A stretch of 64,000 nt of DNA from Octopus sinensis (taxonomy: Eukaryota): contig NC_043011.1 of assembly GCF_006345805.1 (NCBI RefSeq), positions 11,470,001 through 11,534,000 of the forward strand, read 5' to 3'. Both the position numbers and the translations under genes were made by a program. Numbering within the stretch: position 1 is the first letter of the stretch; each line of letters starts with the position of its first letter. Under the pieces are notes generated by a model. The model searched no databases and was not told the origin of the DNA. It was given only the letters and a program-made list of their open reading frames with translations. This document shows, piece by piece, positions 26,306-37,794 of this stretch.

Positions 26306-26552
26306 TCCCATTAACACAGTTGTTCTCAAAATCCCAATTTGTCTTTGTCATCCATATGAGGTAGTGATTGTCAGTTCATGCAACTACTGGTGTCTTTATC
26401 ATGATACCATCACTAGGTGTACTGTTGACCAACACTTAGAGAGGCTCCAGTTACACTCATCTAGAGAGGCTATTTCCTCCCATACTGTACTTTATCTGTA
26501 CTTTATCTGTGCTCGTTGTTTGCATTGTTTTTTTGTTTTTTAATTTTACCAG

Positions 26553-26636
26553 ATTGGAAATGAATCTGAAGCCCTTGCTATCCTGAAATTGATTTACAAG
26601 AAAAACCACACAAGGGCATATGGTCACAAGTATCAA
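26553..26636 (+). CDS. SV2-like exon (IGNESEALAILKLIYKKNHTRAYGHKYQ)
   Basis: ccag acceptor, gtgagt donor, 84 nt phase 0/0. Resembles the G..DEA..ILK.IH..N segment that follows PESP in SV2 proteins. Confidence 0.9.
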
Positions 26637-26965
26637 GTGAGTTTATCCTGTTATATAGTTTTCATTTTACTGTTATTAGTAGTGCTGGCAGCAGTGGTGG
26701 TTGCTTTGGTAGGAGTGCTTGTGGTGCTGATGCATTTAGTTATATATGCAGTAGTAGTGGTATGTATTTTATAGGTGCTTATATTTTACTGGTGGTAGCA
26801 GTTAGCATTGTGGTGGCATTGATGGGCATAATCCCGGTGATAGTATTTATCCTACCCCCACCTCCAGGTCAGCTTTGATTGTGTTGTCCTATGATCAAAG
26901 ATGTTCCAGCCATAATCATCCTGTCTGTTACCCAGACTTAGTGCATCTATGAACACATCATCCAG

Positions 26966-27845
26966 TGTGACTCACCGTTTTGGGGAGGATGTTAGTGTTA
27001 TTTGAGGAAGATTTGGCTGCTAGTTCTATAAGAGGCTGCTTTGTACGTTCAAGGATTTTTTTTTCTTTTGTTTTCAGTTTACAAAATCAGCCACATGAGT
27101 TTTTCTTTTTTTGTAATTATATAGTTAGGGAGCTTGCTTCCTAGCCACATGGTTTCGGGTTCAGTCCCACTGCGTGACACTTTGGGCAGGTGTCTTCCGC
27201 TATAGCCCCGAGCCGACCAAAGCTTTGTGATTGAATTTGGTAGGCGGGAGTTAGTGCCGTGTGTGTATGTGTGCGTATAGCTGCTCAGTGCCTCTCCGAA
27301 AGAGAGAGAGGGATATTTGTTAGTATGAGGAACTGCAAATGAAGCTGCAGCCATAAGTATAATAGTGGGCAGATGTGGGCCATTAGAACCAGGTGGTGTT
27401 ACATTGGTTGTTGAAGAATTGTAAGATTTAAACTGTATTCTGAATCTTAATTGAGCTTGGCAGGGGTGAGGTCCTGAATTATAGAAGAGATGGATTTATT
27501 GAAAGACTGACAACCCACCAATCAATCATTCATATATACTTCTTAATGGTAGCCCACCAATCTCTCATAAAGACATAGTCTGTGGTCTCTGCAATCAACA
27601 GTGGGAGCACAGGTAGCTCTGCAGCCCAGGGCCGGAAGCTCACAGGCACCCTCATGCTGGACACTGGTAGTGTGGTTGGTCCAATGTAACTCACCGTTTT
27701 GGGGAGGATGTTAGTGTTATTTGAGGAAGATTTGGCTGCTAGTTCTATAAGAGGCAGCTTTGTATGTTCAAGAATTTTTTTTTCTTTTGTTTTCAGTTTA
27801 CAAAATCAACCGCATGAGTTTTTCTTTTTTTGTAATTATATAGTT
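26966..27845. repeat. ~160-bp direct repeat pair (26966-27126 and 27685-27845)
   Basis: ACTCACCGTTTTGGGGAGGATG...GTAATTATATAGTT occurs twice, ~719 bp apart. Confidence 0.9.
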
Positions 27846-27949
27846 GTTAGTATGCAATAGTCTCCTCCGAAATCCACTTTGCTGATCGTATGGGTTTCAT
27901 GTACAGTACTGGTAGTCTGTGATCAGAACTGAGGATGATGCGGCCCATT

Positions 27950-29025
27950 GATGTCTGTCTCTTGCAGCTGTGAAGCATCGCCGTCTATCCTCAAAGACAG
28001 GTACAGCAGTGTAGGTGATTGACCTCCAGGTAGCCCTGTTTTTGTGGCTGTAGTCTTGAGTTTGCGAGGCTAGATGTCACACCACTTTAGGTTGCCCTTT
28101 AGGGTGCCCTTATTTTTCAACTTGGGTCTTCCTTGTTACCTTCTGCCTTCCTTGTTGCCTTGTGCCTTCCTTCAGCTCACCATACATCAGCTGTCTGGGG
28201 ATGGTCGTTCATTCTGATGATGTGGTTGGTCCAATGTAACTGAGCTTTAGCAGAAGTGTCTCAATACCTGTGGACTCTGCTCTGTCCTACCAGCAGATGC
28301 CCATGATTGTGCACAGTGATCTTGTATGGAATTGTTCCAATTACTTGATCTTCTGGCAGAATGGAGTCTATGTTTCACAACCATACAGCAGTGTGGAGAG
28401 AGTGGAGGCACATGGCCTAGTGGTTAGAGCAGTGGACTCGTGGTCGAGGGATCGCGGGTTCGAATCTCAGACCGGATGATGTGTGTGTTTATAAGCGAAA
28501 CACCTAAGCTCCACGTGGCTCCGGCAGAAGGTAATGGCGAACTTCTGCTGATTCTTTCACCACAACTTCCTCTCACTCTTTCCTCCTGCATCTTGCAGCT
28601 CACCTGCGACGGACCGGTGTCCCGTCCAGGTGGGGAACCTATACGCCAAGAAACCGGGAAACCGGCCCTTATGAGCCAGGCATGGCTCGAGAAGGAACAA
28701 ACAACAAAGTGTGGAGAGAACAACAGCTTTGTATATCTTGAGTTTCATGGGCAGCCGCACACTTTTCTGTTGTAAGCTTTTAACTCTGAGTCTTACGAGT
28801 GCTTGGTTGGCTTTCTGGATTCTGGATGTGATCTCTTTATCTAGTGAACCATCTGTAGAGATAGTGCTGCCTAGGTACCTGAAGCTTTCAACACAGTTCA
28901 GTTCAACCCCATCAATGGTAATGGCTGGCTTAGGTTTTGTTGTATTTGGGGGCTGCCTAGAGCAGGACCTCTATCTTCCCAAGGCTGATGGTCAGGCCAA
29001 AGAGTCTGGATGCCTCAGCAAAGTG
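27950..29025 (-). mobile_element. RTE-clade LINE 3' ORF remnant interrupted by a SINE
   Basis: FRYLGSTIS.DG.LDKEI.SRI.KA...KLKIYKAVVLSTL|LYGCET...PRQLMYGEL on the minus strand. Confidence 0.85.
28402..28707 (+). mobile_element. tRNA-derived SINE, family B, with 12-bp TSD
   Basis: A-box TGGCCTAGTGG, B-box GGTTCGAATC, (ACA)n tail; AGTGTGGAGAGA on both sides. Confidence 0.92.
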
Positions 29026-29026
29026 G

Positions 29027-29515
29027 CTGATCTGGCAGTGTTTCTACAGCTGGATGCCCTTCCTAACGCCAACCACTCCGTGAGTGTAGTGGGTGCTTTT
29101 TACGTGCCACCTGCACAGGTGCCAGACGAGGCTGGCAAATGGCCACGATCGGATGGTGCTTTTTACATGCCACCGGCACAGGTGCCAGACAAGGCTGCCA
29201 ACAGCCACAATCGGATGGTGCTTTCTACGTGCCACCTGCACGGAGGCCAGTCGGGGCGGCGCTGGCAACATCCACGTTCAGATGGTTCTCTTACATGCCA
29301 CCGGCACTGGTATCACAGCTACAATTTCCATTGATGTTGATCGATTTTGATTTTGATTTTCACTTGCCTCAACAGGTCTTCACAAGTAGGGTTTCTGTCA
29401 CAAGAAGGAAAGGTATGCATAAGTGGGCTGGCAATGTCCCAGGTTGAGGCTACGGGTTATGGTCTCACTTGTCCTGCCGGGTCTTCCCACGCACAGCATA
29501 CTTCCAAAGGTCTAG
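29027..29515 (-). mobile_element. RTE LINE ORF end plus 3' UTR carrying ~3-4 copies of the 63-bp satellite unit
   Basis: Minus strand reads DLWKYAVRGKTRQDK*, then UTR, then satellite-type units (29091-29310), then GGCGTTAGGAAGGGCATCCAGCTGTAGAAA. Confidence 0.8.
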
Positions 29516-30143
29516 TAATGTTACTATATAAACATTAAAATGGAATGCAAAATAGATGCAATGTTGCCTATCTTTTATCCTGATAAGAATAAACTTTATT
29601 TGGCTTTCATGCTTGTTACAATATTAAATGTATATTAGAGCTATTTATAGTTTATGTTGGAGATATACATCACAAAACTTAAGATCTGAATAATATTTCC
29701 TTACACCACTGTATTTTTAAGCTATTTGATAATATTACTATGATAAATTCTTTTGTCATATTTGAGAAGACCAAATAATGATTATAGGTGTCAGACAACA
29801 TATTCAAGTTTTCATTTAATTTTTTCTTTATTTTAGCTACCCACTTCTCCACCATGAATATAACCTACCTCACTCATACCACCTGCTCCTAAGAACTTAA
29901 ATTCCTTGCTTTTAAGGAATCTAATTGCAACACCTCTCCATCTTAATGATTTTTAGCAAAAAAAACAAAAAACAATACACATCATTTTAATCACTACAAA
30001 CATCAAGAAAGTTATAGAATAAATGTGAAGTGGCCTGACTATTGAAAAGTTACTAGGTAGACATAAATACTGAAAATAAACGCATGAGAGTTATAAATGG
30101 TGCTGAGGTTATTAGAGAGTAGTACAGAAGTGAATTACCTAAA

Positions 30144-30540
30144 TCTTTATATATAAAAGTCAAGTTGTGTGTCTGTCTCCTACGATTTAGATTCCTAACT
30201 ACTCCTACATTTTGCGGTGCAGTTTAACCAAAACCGGGTATCTTATAGTCGTGATTCATATCAAGCCCTTCTGGGTATTAGCGCGCGTCTACGATGAGTC
30301 TACGATTTAAAAAGAAATTTACCATCATTTTTTTCCATTTTAATGCATTTTTTCGCTATTATATAAGGGAAGTAACTCTCTAAAAATGTCTATGATGAGT
30401 CAACGATTTAAAAAAAATTTACCATAATTTTTTTTCCATTTTTAATGCATTTTTTTGCTATTTTTTGGCTATAACTCTCTAAAAATGCTTATATAGTTAT
30501 TTCCCTTACAAACCCGAGCAACGCCGAGTGATACTGCTAG
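30144..30540 (+). mobile_element. Non-autonomous Helitron
   Basis: 5' TC start (TCTTTATATATAAAAG), GC-rich subterminal segment and CTAG end, inserted between A and T; internal ~100-bp duplication. Confidence 0.8.
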
Positions 30541-30641
30541 TATTTTATAGAATTGTTCACTAAATAGGCATTTTGATTTGTGGTGAAAGTTTTGTGTAAA
30601 TGCTTGTCAAAGGGAACTAAAATGATTATTAATCTGTACAG

Positions 30642-30725
30642 GTGTTTTCACTTCGGAGCTCGAAAGATTTCAGTAGCAGCAAACACTCTTTCACACAGTC
30701 TACCATAACAGGGAAATTAAAACAT
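30642..30725 (+). CDS. SV2-like exon, cytoplasmic loop (VFSLRSSKDFSSSKHSFTQSTITGKLKH)
   Basis: acag acceptor, gtaagt donor, 84 nt open, phase 0/0 compatible with both neighbours. Poorly conserved region, so support is mainly splice signals and phase. Confidence 0.72.
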
Positions 30726-30770
30726 GTAAGTATTCTTATTTATTTATCATAGGTACTCTTTGATATCTCT

Positions 30771-31192
30771 ACTCTTTTACTCTTTTACTTGTTTCAGTCA
30801 TTTGACTGCGGCCATGCTGGAGCATAGCCCTTTAGTCGAGCAAATCGACCCCCAGGACTTATTCTTTGTAAGCCTAGTACTTATTCTATCAGTCTCTTTT
30901 GCCAAACCGCTAAGTTACGGGGATGTAAACACACCAGCATCGGTTGTCAAGCGATGTTGGGGGGGGGGGCAAATACAGACACACAAACACACACACACAC
31001 ACATATATATATATACATATAGATATATACGACAGGCTTCTTTCAGTTTCCGTTTACCAAATCCACTCACAAGGCTTTGGTCAGCCCGAGGCTATAGTAG
31101 AAGACACTTGCCCAAAGTGCTATGCAGTGGGACTGAACCCGGAACCATGTGGTTGGGAAGCAAGCTACTTAACATACAGCCACTCCTGCGCC
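30771..31192 (-). mobile_element. SINE family A
   Basis: Reverse-complement match to the family A head, body and tail. Confidence 0.88.
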
Positions 31193-31518
31193 TAAGGCAA
31201 TTTATATTACTTAGGCAATTTATATTACTTAGCTTTGTGTAATCGCTCTGTAAGAATATAGTATTATCCTTTTATTGTGTTCATAGGAAAGATTCATTAT
31301 TCTATTTAACTTGCTGACACCAGGATTTACAATGGGAATAGTTCTATGCTATAGTAAAATGTGAGTGGCTAGCCTGCATTGATGGAGAGATCATGAATGT
31401 TGTATATGCCTAGTATGCAAGTATAGCCACAAGACAGATCACTTGTGCACTCTCCAACCACTTTTACCTTTGTGGGATATGGAGCTACTTAGAGAGAAGA
31501 ACCATCTCTCCTAGTTTC

Positions 31519-31971
31519 TTAACCCTTTAGCATTTAAACCGTCCATATCCAGCCAAAAGTATTCTGCCTGTTTTATGTTCAAACTGGTCATATCTGGTCT
31601 TTCACACCAACCCTACAATATCGTTTAAAAAATTAACAGCTACCTCATCAAAATCTCATAGCTACAAGATTAATGCCTGATTAGTTCAAAACAATGTAGA
31701 TGAAGAAGCATTAATTTTGGCAGAATAATGCAAACACTTATGAAACCACGACCTGTTCACTGACCAGTGAACAGGTCGCGGTCTTAAAGCGACGAAAATA
31801 TTTTGACAAATTAAACTTAAATGTTGAAGTGAATCGAACAGCTTTTGTGTGTTTCTTAAATGGCTTACAAATGCCTTCCACGCTGCAATTGTTTTCGTTT
31901 CAGCACATGCTCTCAGATCAAATCACTTGCTATGCTAGTACATCTCCGTAATGCAAACACTAAAGGGTTAA
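31519..31971. mobile_element. piggyBac-type MITE with a 210-bp insertion (13-bp TSD TAATGCAAACACT)
   Basis: Matches 22268-22496 apart from 31739-31948. Confidence 0.82.
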
Positions 31972-32807
31972 TATTCTTATTCCAAGATGGCTAAAGTATC
32001 TCATTGACTCTGAAGCTGATATCACTTAAGATTCAATCATGCTGAACTGACGTAAGGAAAAAAATGAAAACAAAGTTCTTTGATAAATTGTGTTAGTCCT
32101 ACTTATGGACCTACACTTCCAAAGAATCTCATCATGTTAAAAATACTGGGTAAACAGTGCTTTAATTTTGCTGAATATTTCAGACTTTACTATTTCTATC
32201 AGTAGCTATGTGAAAACGAAATTGGAAAGAAAGAAATTGAGCAATTGATGCCATGTTATAACTATCTCAAGAGTTTTCAGGACTAACAAAAGATCCATGC
32301 AAATAAATTGAGATAAGACAGAAAAAGTTGTATTTTTAAAAATACTTTAAAATACATATTTAGGAAAAATTATGTCGGTCAGAGAATGAATAATTGATTA
32401 AAGCTGAAGTATTTTGTCATTTGAAGTAGAGATTCGGTTTTTTGTAGGAAAAGATCATCAGACAGTATGAAGCTTTGCTTTTATAGTAAGTTTGAAAGAA
32501 ATAATCTAGTACTATTTCCTTGCTGTATTAGATCTACAAATACCATATATATATTGAAAGTAGTCTCGTTCATTGATCCAGATTATGAATTTCATAATGT
32601 TAAAGGAAAGGATAATTAGAAGTCTACAACATCAGGCTGAAAGTTACTACTTTAACAAAAACCAACCAACTAAAGATGGTTATATTCATGAGAAATAAAT
32701 GTATATCACATTACCTGAGATTACTCCAGAGATAGCCAAAACAGTTTAATAAGATGATATTCTCCTCCAGACCAGTGATTTCAATTGATGTGATACTATA
32801 TTTTGAA

Positions 32808-33050
32808 CTAACAGAGTTACCCGGTGTTGCCCGTGTTACATGCAATTAAAGAATTAGACTTTTCTGTTATATTTTCTCTAATGAACTGGAATACCTGTGT
32901 TTCGAATTTCATCAAATTGCAGATGAGGGTTATTTCCCTCTTTACACACCCTAAAAAAATTGTAATCGTGCCACATGTATCCCATGCTACTGATTTTTAT
33001 GCACATATTCCAAAATTCCAGTCTTATAGAACCTGTTAAAAGGATTTTGC
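32808..33050 (-). mobile_element. Probable Helitron-like 3' end
   Basis: Minus strand ends CACGGGCAACACCGGGTAACTCTGTTAG, similar to the 3' end at 30512-30540. Confidence 0.5.
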
Positions 33051-33797
33051 TCCTGAAAAATGGAGGTCATGGAGCTCTAAAATGTGAGAGTTAAGGCCTC
33101 TGTTGGAGGTGGGCATCTTAATGTCAAGCAGAGAAGTTGAATTGTTGAGAATCTTTTTAAGTTGGGTCCTATATCTATTGTTTGAATTTCTTTGAAATAG
33201 GAAATATATGTTCACTGGGTTTGTAAAAGAGAGCAAAGCTACAGGAAACCAAAAGACGAAGGATCACAATAAGCAGTTAGCTACCTTACCCTAGTCGTTA
33301 CCACTCCCAATGTAGGATTCATCACCATCCAGGTGACAGGCACAGCCGTAAGATGCATTATGAATGTATAGCAATTGGAAGGGCATGACCCAACCGAAAT
33401 GAACATTAATAACTGTGTGACGTGAGGGCTAAGGAGAAATGAAAGTTGGAATTTGCAAATAACCACTATACTGATACATAACTGGACAGAATAAATTTAC
33501 AATCTATAAATTTCTTTGAATAATCAGTCACTCATCTGGGAAGGCCTTGAAATCAATGTTACCATGTGGGGACTATGTGTGACCCAGTGATAATAAAAAG
33601 ACTGAAAGGAGGTCTGCAATCAAATAGCTTTACTCAACACTTTGCAACTGAATCAGTGGAGTCAAAGATGCCTCTCATTTACTTGGCAATTTATGCAGCA
33701 CATTGCAGAAATCACAATGTAAGTGTATGTCAAAGCAAACTCTTACACTGTTGTACCATTGAATTACAAATAATGCTCATCCTTTATTCTTGGGTAA

Positions 33798-34447
33798 CCC
33801 TACAGCTTCCAAGAGTACAACTGTATTCGTCTTTGCTTAGATAACATGACAAAATTGTGGGTGTTAAGTCCCCATGGAGGAGTCTTTCTAACTTCTAAGA
33901 AGATGAAATTTTATAAATATTATTTCATTTGTGTCTAATATCTGTGATTAAAATTTCATCAACAGCAAAAATATATGAATTGTCATGGGGGTTATGGCCC
34001 TTATGCATAAAATATAATTTCCAAATTTCATAAAGATCCATTCAGTACTTTTGACCTAGTTTTGGACCCTACAGCTTCCAAGAGTACAACTATATTCGTC
34101 TTTGCTTAGATAACATGACAAAATTGTGGGTGTTAAGTCCCCATGGAGGAGTCTTTCTAACTTCTAAGAAGATGAAATTTTATAAATATTATTTCATTTG
34201 TGTCTAATATCTGTGATTAAAATTTCATCAACAGCAAAAATATATGAATTGTCATGGGGGTTATGGCCCTTATGCATAAAATATAATTTCCAAATTTCAT
34301 AAAGATCCATTCAGTACTTTTGACCTAGTTTTGGACCCTACAGCTTCCAAGAGTACAACTGTATTCGTCTTTGCTTAGATAAAATGACTAAATTGTGGGT
34401 GTTAAGTCCCTATGAAGGGGTCTTTCTAACTTGTAAGAAGATGAAAG
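33798..34447. repeat. 269-bp tandem repeat, ~2.4 copies
   Basis: CCCTACAGCTTCCAAGAGTACAAC at 33798, 34067 and 34336; the first two units are almost identical. Confidence 0.93.
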
Positions 34448-34450
34448 TGC

Positions 34451-35591
34451 TATTTTGAGTGGGCGGCATGTTTCGCTTTTGCATAACCTACCACAGCTGC
34501 ATAGGATGGAGTACTCACAGTTTTTAATCATATTCTCTTCAATCGGTGGTTTTACCCGAAGAAGATATTTGCGAAGTGTTGTATTACTCTTGAATACTGT
34601 ACTAATGTCATATGGGCCGCATATCTTTTGTATCTTTTTGGAGAGGCCTTTCTCATAGGGTAGACAGACTGTGGACAGTTTATTGGTGTCATCCTCTCTT
34701 TCCTTCATAATTAGAGTGGAGAATATGCTTTTGGGGTAGTTGTTGCTTAATAGATTGTTACTGAGCTTGATCATTTCTTCGTGGTGGGTATCACGATCGC
34801 TACTCATATTCTTTACTCAATGTTTTAGGCACTGAGTAATCCTTCTCTGAATGGATGGTGGGAATTGAAGTTAAGATATCATCCAGAGAAGGTCGGCTTG
34901 TGGTATACGGATGTCCTGAATCCATACCTGGTGCGTTATTAATACCCCCAGGAATGCTAGCTGATTGTCTTTTTCGTTTTCCATTGTGAACTGTATGGAT
35001 GGCTTTATTGAGTTCACATGATCTAACAGCACTTGGACATCTTCCTGGTGGGGCCAGAGTATAAAGGTGTCATCAACATATTGCAGCCATAGGGTTGGTT
35101 TTAGTGGTGTTGACCCTAAAGCCAAATTCTCAAAGTATTCCATGTATATATTGGCTATTATCAGTGATAATGGTGAACCCATAGCTAAACCCTCTTCTTG
35201 TCGATATATATCAGTGTCCATACTGAAGTAGGTAGTTTCTACACAGAAGGTCAACATTTCCATCAAGTTTCTGATTGGTATACTAGCGCGTTCTTTTAGA
35301 TGGGTGTCTGTCACTAGTTTTTCTTGTATCACCAATAGTGCTTCACCAGTTGGGACTTTGGTGAACAGGCTTATCACATCTCAACTCACCATCTGGTTGG
35401 ATTCAGTGGGGGTATCCTTGATCAATTCTGTGAAGTGGGTGGAATTCTTCACAGTACAATGTTGACTTTCCTGCTAATGGACTGATTATATCCACAAGGA
35501 AGTGGCTCAGTGGATGACATACTGAACCTCTACAGCTCACTATAGGTCTTAATGGAATACCATCCTTGTGAATCTTAGGGAGACCGTACAT
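34451..35591 (-). mobile_element. Penelope-like retroelement remnant: reverse transcriptase plus start of GIY-YIG endonuclease (frameshifted)
   Basis: YGLPKIHK.G.PLRPIVS, SLFTKVP, GLAMGSPLS, YVDDTF, FTME.E.DNQL.FL, then YSI.CSCG...ETCRPL. Confidence 0.92.
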
Positions 35592-35658
35592 ATAGGTATG
35601 AGTTTAAGCTCATACCTATATTTCTAATACTTTAATAACATGTACAGTAAACTACCAC

Positions 35659-35935
35659 ACATGCCACCCCCTCAAAATAAGGGTAGAGGAACATCAAAAT
35701 AAGGGTAGAGACAAAGCTGTGACACGAGGAGATATTGATAAATCGGGTATAGCAGATCATGTATGAAAAAATGGATACCAGCTCCCCCTGTGAGATGAAG
35801 TTAAAATAATAGACAGAGAGCACTACTGGAAAATACTAAAGCTAAAAGAAGCAGCACATATGCTAGGACACAACAATCTCCTAAGTAGACCAAGTACAGA
35901 TATGAGTAGCATATGGGAAACGGTATTAAGGTAGG
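35659..35935 (+). mobile_element. C-terminal half of the Penelope GIY-YIG endonuclease, inverted relative to the RT
   Basis: Translates across a short duplication/frameshift as TCHPLKIRVEEH...KSGIADHV...VKIIDREHYWKILKLKEAAHM...LSR. Confidence 0.8.
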
Positions 35936-35988
35936 ATAGGAAAATATTAGATTTATAAGTCCTAAAATTCACTCCAAAATTGCCCATA

Positions 35989-36252
35989 GGCATATGGTGT
36001 AGTGGTTAAGAGCGCAGGCTACTAACCCCAAGATTCTGAGTTTGAGTCCAGGCATTGACCTGAATAATAATAATAGTAATAATAATAACATTGAAAAATA
36101 CCTTAGGAATGAGAACCTAGGTTCGAAATTTCTCCAAGACACCTGATGAAGGCTGGGGGGTAAAATGTTGTGTTAACAACAAACAAGATGAGGACAAATA
36201 TCCGTCAAATGTAAATAATGTACATAATTCCTCATCTCTTCAATATAGAACA
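35989..36252 (+). mobile_element. tRNA-headed short repeat, family E, with (TAA)n and a degenerate hammerhead-like 3' part
   Basis: TGGTGTAGTGGTTAAGAGCG head and CTGATGA at 36143; a second, rearranged copy lies at ~52215-52504. Confidence 0.75.
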
Positions 36253-36419
36253 GTATGGTCACTGTTGTGGAAATGAGCTTAAATACTCTAAAATTTAATT
36301 GTTATATAGGACTGGGACATAATAGTTATTAAAATATTAGAGATATAGGTATGAGTTTAAGCTCACACCTATATTTCTAATACTTTAATAACTGCTATGC
36401 TCAAGGTATATGTTTACAT

Positions 36420-36565
36420 GCCGAGGTCGACTTTGCCTTTCATCCTTTCGGGGTCGATAAATTAAGCACCAGTTATGCACTGGGGTCGATGTAATTGACT
36501 TAATCCCTTTGTCTGTCCTTGTTTGTCCCCTCTATGTTTAGCCCCTTGTGGGTAATAAAGAAATA
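36420..36565 (+). mobile_element. SINE family C, 5'-truncated
   Basis: Body and tail match; near-perfect GGTATATGTTT(A/G)CATG flanks. Confidence 0.83.
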
Positions 36566-36741
36566 GGTATATGTTTGCATGTAGATATAGAAAATGAAGT
36601 GAGCAAAATATAGTTTAGAATAAGATACATTGAAGATAAACCATAGAAATCTAGAAATTTTAAATTACTGTAGTGATTAATTTTTAAAAACAAAATGTTT
36701 TTTTAAACTGTTTTATCTTCTGTATTCTCTCTATTCTGCAG

Positions 36742-36830
36742 ACTATGAAGAATACCGCAAGTCTTTTCAAAAATCCTCTGCTCTACAATTCAGCTGCCTT
36801 AATGGTTATCAGTTTTACACTGTCCTTTGG
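36742..36830 (+). CDS. SV2-like exon (TMKNTASLFKNPLLYNSAALMVISFTLSFG)
   Basis: ctgcag acceptor, gtaagt donor; ends phase 2 and joins the next exon to give FTLSFGYYGL, the SV2 TM7 motif. Confidence 0.92.
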
Positions 36831-37175
36831 GTAAGTTTATGGACTTCCTTCATTCCTATGATTAGAGTTGCTGGGAAAATTAATGTAATGATGACAGGGG
36901 GGGGGGGGTGTCCTTGTTGCTGTTCCCAACAATGACTACAGTGCAAGATTTAAAAAAATTGATCTTAAAATATTACCAGGGTTTATTTTAACTTGTAATG
37001 GTGAGAAGCAAAATTTGAGCTTTGACATAAAAGACACTTAACTAAAATCTGTACAAATTCTGATATGCTTGACATTGATTTTCATCCTAACAATGAACTA
37101 TTATTACTGGTGCATTCAGTTAAATAGCTGGTCTTTTGCCAAGTGGTAATACAAACCAATTCTATTGGTAAAGTT

Positions 37176-37508
37176 TTAACTCTTTAGCATTCAAACCAGC
37201 CATATCTGGCCAAAATATTCCCCCAGTTTTATATTGAAACTGAGTAGATCAGGCCTCTCACACCTACCCTACAATGTCATTTTAAAACTAAACAATCACA
37301 TAATCGAAATCTTTAAACTACAAGATATATATATATAAATATATAGGCGCAGGAGTGGCTGTGTGGTAAGTAGTTTGCTAACCAACCACATGGTTCCGGG
37401 TTCAGTCCCACTGCGTGGCATCTTGGGCAAGTGTCTTTTGTTATAGCGCCGGGCCGACCAATGCCTTGTGAGTGGATTTGGTAGACGGAAACTGAAAGAA
37501 GCCTGTCG

Positions 37509-37545
<37 letters not shown>

Positions 37546-37794
37546 TTGTGTGTCTGTGTTTGTCCCCCTAGCATTGCTTGACAACTGATGCTGGTGTGTT
37601 TACATCCCCGTCACTTAGTGGTTCGGCAAAAGAGACTGATAGAATAAGTACTGGGCTTACAAAGAATAAGTCCCGGGCTCGATTTGCTCGACTAAAGTCG
37701 GTGCTCCAGCATGGCCACAGTCAAATGACTGAAACAAGTAAAAGAGTATGCAAGCATCATTTTTGCCAGAATAATCTGAATACTAAAAGGTTAA
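37176..37794. mobile_element. piggyBac-type MITE interrupted by a family A SINE
   Basis: Diverged TTAA...TTAA ends; body similar to 22268-22496. Confidence 0.75.
37346..37747 (+). mobile_element. SINE family A nested in a TTAA MITE
   Basis: Full head-to-tail copy inside 37176-37794. Confidence 0.88.

Noticed and set aside
28402-28480. Functional tRNA genes at SINE heads (also 35989, 49779, 51291)
   Set aside because: A/B boxes are present but no proper acceptor stem; each continues into a repeated SINE body, often with TSDs.
30760-31242. Short ORFs recurring across SINE copies (e.g. RLPNPLTRLWSARGYSRRHLPK)
   Set aside because: These are translations of non-coding SINE sequence.
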